Assembly (NCBI GenBank): GCA_031295725.1
Contig: JAUMNV010000123.1
Coordinates: 1 to 57,755, forward strand
Reading direction: 5' to 3'
DNA length: 57,755 nucleotides
Source of the DNA: Collinsella sp.
GTDB lineage: Bacteria; Actinomycetota; Coriobacteriia; Coriobacteriales; Coriobacteriaceae
Shown: positions 10,295 to 17,727 of the stretch, piece after piece
Layout: every line of letters starts with the position of its first letter
Position numbering within the stretch: the first letter of the stretch is position 1
Program-made: the position numbers and the translations under genes
Notes under the pieces: model-generated
Seen by the model: only the letters and a program-made list of their open reading frames with translations
Databases searched by the model: none
What the model was told of the DNA's origin: nothing

Positions 10295-10850
10295 ACAATA
10301 AGGGCCCGCAATGTGGCTACCGCCCCAAAACTTTGCCGAGGGTTTCATCCAAGCTCTCCCGCTCGAGGTCTGCAAGGTCCAGTCGATAACTCAAATCGCG
10401 AATGCGATCCGGAACGTCCTTGAGAAAGTTGTTAGTCCTGGCAGAATAGCATCGTATATCACGAACAAGATAAGCAGTTTTTAGCCCCTTTTCATCTGCC
10501 CTGAGAAGCTGCTACAGGTTTATGAAGCCGGTCGTTCAACAACATGTCCCGCAAAAGAGCATACGGCCTTTAATTTGCATCAGATTCTAAACGTCACGCA
10601 TGAGAAATCAGCGAGGCCCCAAGTTAAAGCGAGAGCCGAACTCACTCACGGCACGCTACAGCCGTGAACCCTCCAAGCCAGCCAGCCGTTCAGATGTTCC
10701 AAATGATATACAGCTTGAAACCTGGCGACTTGAATCGAAGGTCATTCCTGGGACTATCGGTAGGCAGCCTATCTGCATGCGTTGATCTATCAAATTGGCC
10801 TTGATGCCAAGGTATATCCAACACTCGACCACCGTTCTCAGCACATCTCC

Positions 10851-11198
10851 TTACCTCCCCTCCAACTTCAGCTGCAGCAGCAGATCACTCGGCTCAGGGC
10901 ACTTGCTGGAAAGGCGTGTTTGAACGCACTCGCCCATCCCCCATCGCTGGCGGATCTCCTGGGCGTGCGGACTCACGTGATAGTCCCCGTTCATCACTTG
11001 TTTGAGTAGTTTGGCGGTCACGCGGGCATCGGCTAGGGCACTGTGGGCGTGGCACGTCGACTCGTCGAACTCGATGTCAAACCACGTTGCCGCGTCACCC
11101 AAAGAGACGCACCCGTGGCTGCCCACGTCCATGATCGAGGTATAAAACGCCCGCAGGTCGGCCCAGTCCGTAGGAAAGCCAGCAAGGCTGACGTGCTT
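10851..11198 (-). pseudogene. Diverged 3' fragment of the exonuclease gene at 12581-13315
   Basis: Colinear with 12581-12928 (offset 1730). KHVSLAGFPTDWADL vs KHIDLSAFPTDWADL; in-frame TAG just upstream; lacks the ExoI motif. Confidence 0.85.
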
Positions 11199-11302
11199 CG
11201 TCCACTAATCGTCCTCGAACCGCCACTAGTCCGTCCCGTCCCAGCAGGCCGCTCAACGGTGAGATAATGCCCACGACTATCAACGTAAGCAAGGAGCACG
11301 CT

Positions 11303-12538
11303 ATGGCAGACAACGAGACCAAACCCTCGGCGGATGACGGCCGAGAGAAACTCGTGGCAAAACAACTCGCATCCACCAAAATCCACCTCGCGCTCACTCA
11401 GGAGCGGGCGGACGTCTCCGGCGCCATCAAGCTCCCGCTCGAACGAGTCCCCCAGCTCGGCATAGCGCTCGCCTCACTTCCCTCGACATTCCGCACCGTC
11501 ACCAATACGGTGAGTGTGCCTATGCTGCTCCGGCCAACCGACAAGTTTGGCAATCCGCTTGACCCATCGATACTTCAATCGTTCAAGGACGGCAGCGGCC
11601 TCATGGGGTCCTACCGCGATGCGGCCAAGGGTTTCGGGCAGGCGCGCCTCCACGTAGTCGAGGGCGACATCGCCACAAGCGTCACGCAGGTGCCTTACGA
11701 TCCAACGTCGTTGTTCATGGCAGCCGCAATCGCGCAGATAAACCAAAAGCTCGACTCCATCCAGGAGTCCGTCGACGAAATGTTCGAGTACATGCGTCAG
11801 CGCGACAAGGCCAACATGCGTGGCGATCTCAAGACGCTCGCAGATATCCTCAACGGTTACAGCTTCAACTGCGGCGACGCCACCTACATGGCCAACGCCC
11901 ATATGAAGGTGCTCGACATCGAGCACGCGTCCACGCGTGACATGGAACTCTTCCGCTCGCAGGCGCAGGCGGACCTGAAAAAGAAAGGGTTCATCGAGGT
12001 GCGAGACGACGTGAAAAGGCGTCTCGACCAGGTTCTCGACTATCTCAAGGACTACCAGCTCGCCACCTATATCCACGCGTTCTCGCTGTTCCTCGAGCCC
12101 ATGCTCACCCAGAACTTCGAGCCCGCAAAGCTCGCAGACACTGCCGCAAAAATCGAAGCGGACTCGCTTGCGTACCGCGAGCTCTACACCGAGTGTTACG
12201 ACGCACTCGAGGCAAGCGCTGCCGACACTATCGACGTGGCACTTCTGGGCGGCATCGCGTCCGCTGGCAAGATGCTCGGTCGCGTCATCGCGGCGACGCC
12301 CATCGGCGAGTTCACGCCCATAGACGAGGCGCTTGAGGGTGCAGGAGAGGACATCGGCAGGTTCAACGACGAGCAATCCGAGAAACTCATCGAGAAGCTC
12401 CACCAGGCAAAGACGCCCGACGTCGCGCCGTTCAGGCAGAGCATAATGGAGATCGACACCCTCTACAACCGCCCCACGCAAATCGCCGTGGACGCCGAGA
12501 ACGTCTACATCCTGCCTGCCGAGCAGCAGGAAGAGTAG
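11303..12538 (+). CDS. Hypothetical protein (411 aa, helical/coiled-coil)
   Basis: RBS AAGGAG before ATG 11303; coding-like codon usage; AAAIAQINQKLDSIQESVDEM heptad segment. Confidence 0.8.
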   Translation: MADNETKPSADDGREKLVAKQLASTKIHLALTQERADVSGAIKLPLERVPQLGIALASLPSTFRTVTNTVSVPMLLRPTDKFGNPLDPSILQSFKDGSGLMGSYRDAAKGFGQARLHVVEGDIATSVTQVPYDPTSLFMAAAIAQINQKLDSIQESVDEMFEYMRQRDKANMRGDLKTLADILNGYSFNCGDATYMANAHMKVLDIEHASTRDMELFRSQAQADLKKKGFIEVRDDVKRRLDQVLDYLKDYQLATYIHAFSLFLEPMLTQNFEPAKLADTAAKIEADSLAYRELYTECYDALEASAADTIDVALLGGIASAGKMLGRVIAATPIGEFTPIDEALEGAGEDIGRFNDEQSEKLIEKLHQAKTPDVAPFRQSIMEIDTLYNRPTQIAVDAENVYILPAEQQEE

Positions 12539-12580
12539 CGATACACGACAGGCACGCGCCACGCAGACAGCTAACGCCCC

Positions 12581-13315
12581 CTATCTCCCCTCCGCCTTCA
12601 GCTTCAGCAGCAGATCGCTCAGCTCGGGGCACTTGCTGGAAAGGCGTGTCTGGGCTCGCTCGCCCATCCCCCACCGCTGGCGGACTTCCTGGGCACGCGG
12701 GCTCACGTGGTAGCCCCCGTCCATTACCTGCTTGAGCAACTTAGCGGTCACGCGCGCATCGGCTAGGGCGCTGTGGGCGTGACCCGTCGACTCGTCGAAC
12801 TCGATGCCAAACCACGTCGCCGCGTCACTCAAAGAGACGCACCCGTGGCTGCCCACGTCCATGATCGAGGTGTAAAACGCCTGCAGGTCGGCCCAGTCCG
12901 TAGGAAATGCGGAAAGGTCGATGTGCTTTACCTGGCACTCGGTCAAAAGCTGTCGACGATCCGCTCCGCTCCAGCAGACCACCTGGGCGGAGTAGCGGCC
13001 GATCCAATCGCTGAGCCTTTTGATCACCACATAGAGCGGATCGGCCATCGCGGTGTCCACGGCCGATATCCCCGTAAGCTCGCGGACGGGAAACGCAACG
13101 CCTTCGGTAAATTCCGTCTGCACAAACTGCGAAAACTCGCCCATAACGTTGCCGTGGTAATCGAGCTTGACGGCGCCGACCTCGATAATCTCGTTGCGCA
13201 GCCCACGGCGCTGGCGCTGCTTTGGCACCGGCGCAAACTCAAAGTCCAGCACGATCTGGCGCGCAAAGTTCGTCGTATCGATAGCCGAGATACACGGCGT
13301 CTTTTCAGCTGACAC
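12581..13315 (-). CDS. DEDDh 3'-5' exonuclease (KapD/ERI-1-like)
   Basis: VLDFEF, EIIEVGAVK, ELTGI, WADLQ and HSALADA motifs; GTG 13315 follows AGAAAGG. Confidence 0.85.
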   Translation of the reverse strand: MSAEKTPCISAIDTTNFARQIVLDFEFAPVPKQRQRRGLRNEIIEVGAVKLDYHGNVMGEFSQFVQTEFTEGVAFPVRELTGISAVDTAMADPLYVVIKRLSDWIGRYSAQVVCWSGADRRQLLTECQVKHIDLSAFPTDWADLQAFYTSIMDVGSHGCVSLSDAATWFGIEFDESTGHAHSALADARVTAKLLKQVMDGGYHVSPRAQEVRQRWGMGERAQTRLSSKCPELSDLLLKLKAEGR

Positions 13316-13673
13316 GGTTAGGGCCTTTCTCCGTTGCTTGCCGCTTGTTACATAAGCGGCTACATTGCCGTAAGGATAGGTGGCCGCGCGGACATGAAAG
13401 CTGGGCGCAATGCCATGCGCCGGTCGCACGCCATGCAGACGGCCCCAAGAGAGTCGCCCGCTCTATTCAAATGCATGAAAAAGATTTAGGCCCGGTGACT
13501 TGAATCAGCGGTCATCCCGAGCCCATCAATATGCAGTGTACCTACAGAGGGCTGGTTAATCAAACGGGCTTTCGGTGACGAAGACCTGCGCGCCTACCCC
13601 CAATCGCCCAGCGTCGTCTTCTGCCGCCCTTACGAAAGGCTGCTATTCGAGGGAATCACGTTGCTGTTATTAT

Positions 13674-13687
13674 CGAACATATATTCG
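13674..13687. promoter_or_regulatory. Gram-positive-type LexA (SOS) box
   Basis: CGAAC-ATAT-ATTCG, one mismatch to CGAAC-N4-GTTCG; upstream of TGaTAGAAT extended -10 (13705-13713). Confidence 0.65.
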
Positions 13688-13777
13688 TATTTATGACCGC
13701 GCTTTGATAGAATGGCAGTTGTTGACGGCAGTTCCATGTGCCGGGCAGCGCCCTCCATGCGACGGGAGGTGATGCCC

Positions 13778-13903
13778 ATGACCGATCTGATTGATTTCGT
13801 GAAGCTCCTGACCGCTTTGGTCTCGCTCCTCACGGCGCTTATCGGACTTTCCGAGGCACTTAAGCAGCGTACGAAGCAAAAGAAGAGGGGTCGACGCCGT
13901 TAA
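13778..13903 (+). CDS. Small hydrophobic peptide (41 aa), type I toxin-like
   Basis: GGGAGG RBS, then MTDLIDFVKLLTALVSLLTALIGLSEALKQRTKQKKRGRRR: one TM helix plus a basic tail. Confidence 0.7.
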   Translation: MTDLIDFVKLLTALVSLLTALIGLSEALKQRTKQKKRGRRR

Positions 13904-13963
13904 GGCATTGACCCCTTGAACTAAGTAACGGCGCTGCCCAGCTATCACCCTTGGGCTGCCGTC
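13877..13963 (-). ncRNA. Putative cis-antisense antitoxin sRNA
   Basis: Minus-strand TTGTTA-17-TAGAAT promoter (13998-13970), hairpin at 13928-13962, and terminator hairpin at 13886-13916 followed by CUUCUUUU, overlapping the peptide 3' end. Confidence 0.55.
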
Positions 13964-14068
13964 GACTTTATTCTACCTACGGTTGCCAGGTTTAACAAAT
14001 GAATTTTCAGTAATGGAGCCCCGGAGCCCGCTCGCTCAACCACCTGGCCATCGGATTAGCCGGATTCT

Positions 14069-14325
14069 GGGACACGCCTTCCGTCCCAGGCCTCTACCGG
14101 AAAATGCGTCCCACCCTGAGGCTCGATTCCGGGACACGGTTTCCGTTTGAAGCCCCGATGGGAAAGCGTGTCCCGTTCCGAGCTCATTCCGGGTCGTAGT
14201 TTCCGCCTGAGGGCCGATCCGGAAACGGCATCCCATTCTGAAGCCGAAATCTGGAACGCACTTTCCGCCAAAAGTCGCAAAAGGAAAGCGCATCCCATTC
14301 CGAGCATCAAATCAGGACGCGCTTC
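14069..14325. repeat. Palindromic-box array 1 (8 boxes + 1 partial)
   Basis: GGGAYRYRNTTTCC and its reverse complement alternate, starting at 14069, 14099, 14131, 14161, 14191, 14221, 14253 and 14283. Confidence 0.92.
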
Positions 14326-14338
14326 ATTATCCCCGCCT

Positions 14339-15718
14339 TCACATTTCGGCAAACGAGATCAGCTTGACGTCTCCCCTACTCTCCGCGGCATCCCGACATC
14401 CCTGCGTAAAGCCGCTTTTTGAGAAAAGCGCATAGCTTTTTCGTTGCCGTCTAAAGAGCTCGCTTCGATGCACGAGCTTTTGCAGCACGTCTTCGCCCGC
14501 CGGTTCATTGCGCCATTTACACTCCGCAAACAGCGCAGTGTCCTCGCCATCGTCAACAATCAAGTCGATTTCTTCCTGCGTATGCGTGCGATTGTCCGTC
14601 CCCCACCAGCGCCCGACGCTCGCCGGAACCACATCGAGTTGGCCCGCCCGCGCGAGTTCGTACACGTATTGCCTGCATATAAGCTCAAAGACCGTACCCA
14701 TGTAATCCGATACGTGCGGCTCAATGCGCTCATACGCCATCTCGGCCATATCGTTTTGAATCAGCCCGATGTTCTGCGGAACAAACTTGTACCAGAACCT
14801 AAACATCTGATCGCTCAGCAGATACACGGCTCGCTTATTGCTCGTCTCGTTTAGGGGCAGCTCGCGCTCGACAATCCCAAGCGACGCCAGCTTATCCACA
14901 TAGCTCTTTACGTTGCTCGCGGGGATTCCCGTAGAGCTCGCAATCTCCGAGATCCTCGAGCGTCCCTGGGCAATTGCTTGCACAATCGCATCATATTGCT
15001 CGGGATTGCGGCACTCTTGCAACAGCAGGTTACTCGGCTCCTCAAAGAGATAGCCCGTAGGAGTAAGAAAAAGACGTTTGATGTTGTCCTTGAGCGATAC
15101 GGCAGGATCGACTCTCTCGATATATGCAGGAATGCCGCCCGTCATGCCATAGCAAACCGCAGCGTCTTCGCGACTCATGCTCTGCCACAGGCCGAGGGTC
15201 GTCGTAAAATCGAGCGGCATGATCTTAAACTGGGCCGTACGCCTACCGTATAGCGGGCTCTCGTAGCCCAGCACCTGTTCCTCCATAAACGAAAGAGACG
15301 AGCCGCATAGGATCAGCATGAGTCTGGTCTCTTTGTATAAGTGGTCGATCTTGTCTTGCAGCAACGAGCTGATTTCGGGATTCGATTGGGCGAGATAGGG
15401 ATACTCGTCAATCACGACAACCAAACGTTCCGTGCGAGCCATGGTGGCCAATGCATCGAACGCTTCGTCAAAACTACGAAACGACACGCCTGCAGCACCA
15501 ACCGAGCCTGCAAGTATCGCCTGGCTAAAGCCGTGCAGGTTTGCCTCCGCATTGGTACGACGAGCTTGAAAGTAAATAGCCTTCTTGCCTTGGATGAACT
15601 CTGTGATAAGGCGCGTTTTACCCACGCGACGGCGGCCGTAAATCACAGGCATCTCAAAGGAGTCCGTGCCATACAGTCGATTGAGCTCGGACATTTCCGC
15701 TGTTCTTCCGATAAACAT
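14339..15718 (-). CDS. Archaeal-type AAA ATPase (ATPase_2 / wHTH / DUF234-type nuclease-like C-terminus)
   Basis: Walker A YGRRRVGKT, Walker B VVIDEYPY, LCGSS, and C-terminal GRWWG...EEIDLI...FAECKW. Confidence 0.9.
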   Translation of the reverse strand: MFIGRTAEMSELNRLYGTDSFEMPVIYGRRRVGKTRLITEFIQGKKAIYFQARRTNAEANLHGFSQAILAGSVGAAGVSFRSFDEAFDALATMARTERLVVVIDEYPYLAQSNPEISSLLQDKIDHLYKETRLMLILCGSSLSFMEEQVLGYESPLYGRRTAQFKIMPLDFTTTLGLWQSMSREDAAVCYGMTGGIPAYIERVDPAVSLKDNIKRLFLTPTGYLFEEPSNLLLQECRNPEQYDAIVQAIAQGRSRISEIASSTGIPASNVKSYVDKLASLGIVERELPLNETSNKRAVYLLSDQMFRFWYKFVPQNIGLIQNDMAEMAYERIEPHVSDYMGTVFELICRQYVYELARAGQLDVVPASVGRWWGTDNRTHTQEEIDLIVDDGEDTALFAECKWRNEPAGEDVLQKLVHRSELFRRQRKSYALFSKSGFTQGCRDAAESRGDVKLISFAEM

Positions 15719-15733
15719 AGGGCCATCCTTCCC

Positions 15734-15789
15734 TTACGTTATAGCTAGCTATATTATACCTTCCTATAATATAGCTAGCTATAACGTAA
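15734..15789. promoter_or_regulatory. Perfect 25-bp inverted repeat over the ATPase promoter
   Basis: TTACGTTATAGCTAGCTATATTATA-CCTTCC-TATAATATAGCTAGCTATAACGTAA. Confidence 0.8.
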
Positions 15790-15843
15790 TTCGACAAGCG
15801 GCGCACGAAAAGGGGCGATACACCGCCGCACGTGGACCGTTCC

Positions 15844-16012
15844 GGAAAATGTATCCCGTTCTGGAGCCAAAAACTGGGCCGTAGTTTCCGCCAAACATGC
15901 CATCCGGAAAGCGCGTCCCGTTCTGAGCCTGAATTCTGGGATGTATTTTCCGCTGAAGCTTCTACCGGAAAATGCATCCCATTCCGAGCGCTCATTCCGG
16001 GACACAGCTTCC
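15844..16012. repeat. Palindromic-box array 2 (6 boxes)
   Basis: Boxes at 15844, 15876, 15906, 15938, 15967 and 15999. Confidence 0.92.
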
Positions 16013-16309
16013 GCAGATACAAGGCGACAGTCCGCCGCCCTTATCACATGCCTTCAAATATGCGGTCCAGAAACACAAAACAGCAGATAGATTGCTCTTT
16101 TTCGGAAAAGTACACGTCTCGAAACTTACCAAGACTTCATATCCAGCTACCGTTCACGGTCGCCGATTACCGCCCACCGATTCAAACAAGAAATATGTCG
16201 CCAAAAGTAGGTCATCTACCTGCATGGTTAGATTTTGGTCAGCTTTTGGTCAGCTGAGCGGCAAGTTCCAGCTGATACGTTTTTGCTACCCAAAAGGAGG
16301 CGGTAGCTC

Positions 16310-17308
16310 ATGACCCATTGCAATGACCAGCTCATCGACCAACTGCTCACTCAAGCCGAACAAGAGGGGCGCTGCCTGATTCCCCCGAGCACGGCGATCC
16401 GAAAAGCGCTCCTTCGGCGCACCAGCGGCACGGTTGTCTCGCCCATGCCGGGGTTGTTTGCGCGAAAAACGCGCTGGGATGAACTCAACCGAGCGCAACG
16501 CCATTGCGAAATCCTCCGCGCCCTTGCGATCATCCATCCCGATTGGACGTTCTGCTCGTTTTCGGCAGCTTGCCTGCTGGGGCTCGAGGTCTCGTGGCGA
16601 CACCTGAACGTCGTGCATGTTTGCAGCTCGACAAAGCCGTCGGCTCGTCCGGGCGCACATATTCAGCGACACCAGATTGAGCCAGCCGGAGCAATACGCA
16701 GAGCCGGCATATCGGTAACGCCGCCCATCCAAACGGCCACAGATTGCCTGCTGCAAACTGGTTTTGCCGACGGCATGCCCATTGCCGATTCGGCGATCTC
16801 AAAGCTCGGCCTTGCGTCGGAACAGCTGATAGAGGCCGTTGAGCAACGAGCGACTGCCCGCAATGGTCGCGCGATTCGCACCGCCCTCACAACGCTTCGA
16901 TATGCCGACGCCCGCGCCGAGAGCGGCGGGGAATCGGTCGCCCGAGCCATCATGATCGAGACGGGCTTTGCGCCCGACTGGCTTCAATACGAGCTGAAGG
17001 ACCCCTTCGATTCGGCCAAGCCCATACGAACGGACTTTGCCTGGGAGCGCCAGGCGCGGGAACTCACGCTGGGCGAGCTCGACGGGCTCATCAAATATAC
17101 CGACCAGACCATGCTGGCCGGACGCACCACCGCCGAGGCGCTCGTTGCCGAACGACAGCGCGAGGCGCACCTATCGCTCTACGGTCACCCTCTGCTGCGC
17201 TTTACCATGAACGAGGTCCGCTCGGCAGGAATACTCGCCAAAAAGCTGCAGACGGCAGGCATCCGGCAGACCGCTCTACCGACATGGCTCAACGATATTG
17301 AGCTGTAG
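16310..17308 (+). CDS. AbiEi-like N-terminus + Vsr/DUF559-like nuclease-domain protein
   Basis: FCSFSAACLLGL, VTPPIQTATD, AESGGESVAR and RTDFAW...GELDGLIKY motifs; RBS AGGAGG. Confidence 0.75.
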   Translation: MTHCNDQLIDQLLTQAEQEGRCLIPPSTAIRKALLRRTSGTVVSPMPGLFARKTRWDELNRAQRHCEILRALAIIHPDWTFCSFSAACLLGLEVSWRHLNVVHVCSSTKPSARPGAHIQRHQIEPAGAIRRAGISVTPPIQTATDCLLQTGFADGMPIADSAISKLGLASEQLIEAVEQRATARNGRAIRTALTTLRYADARAESGGESVARAIMIETGFAPDWLQYELKDPFDSAKPIRTDFAWERQARELTLGELDGLIKYTDQTMLAGRTTAEALVAERQREAHLSLYGHPLLRFTMNEVRSAGILAKKLQTAGIRQTALPTWLNDIEL

Positions 17309-17343
17309 GAGCTGCTGAGCTTATGCCCGCCTGCCACCAAGCT

Positions 17344-17605
17344 GGGACACACTTTCCGGTTGGCAGCACCCGCGGAAACCATGTCCCAAATTGAGCGCTC
17401 AAAACGGGATGTACTTTCCAGATGGCATGCCTAGCGGAAACCGTGTCCTGGAATCAAGGCCTAGAACGGGACAGACTTTCCGGTTGAAGCGCCCAGCGGA
17501 AACTGCATCCCGGAATAGACGCTCAAACTGGGACGCAGTTTCCGGTTTCCTGCTGTTCCGGAAAGTGCATCCCATTCTGGAGCCGAATTCCGGGACGCAG
17601 TTTCC
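17344..17605. repeat. Palindromic-box array 3 (9 boxes, exact 62-bp period)
   Basis: Boxes at 17344, 17374, 17406, 17436, 17468, 17498, 17530, 17560 and 17592. Confidence 0.93.
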
Positions 17606-17626
17606 GTATGCGGAGGCGCTCCAAAC

Positions 17627-17658
17627 AAAAGGCCCCGGCTCGCGATGGAGCTGGGGCC
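17627..17658 (-). terminator. Intrinsic terminator of the xdh operon
   Basis: GGCCCCGGCTC/GAGCTGGGGCC stem with a minus-strand U tract. Confidence 0.7.
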
Positions 17659-17727
17659 AAAGGCGCAGCATATGCAGTTGATATTGAGCGCGAACAGCCC
17701 ATCAGCAATGGTCGTCCGCACCCTACC

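Noticed and set aside
16233..16255. TTTTGGTCAGC tandem upstream of the nuclease gene
   Set aside because: Only two 11-bp copies; it could be an operator but is too weak to report separately.
16310..17308. Complete type IV (AbiE) toxin-antitoxin system
   Set aside because: No adjacent AbiEii nucleotidyltransferase gene.
14069..17605. Calling the arrays CRISPR or TIGR arrays
   Set aside because: The repeats are short, degenerate and alternate in orientation, the spacers are only 16/18 nt, and there is no cas or Nop-domain gene in the window.
5100..17700. Prophage, ICE or integron call for the accessory segment
   Set aside because: No integrase, transposase, relaxase, phage gene or tRNA attachment site seen.
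14036..17721. Short ORFs running through the arrays (e.g. 14056-14352, 15654-16022, 17399-17671)
   Set aside because: The 62-bp period is not a multiple of 3, there is no convincing RBS, and the peptide similarity simply reflects the DNA repeats.
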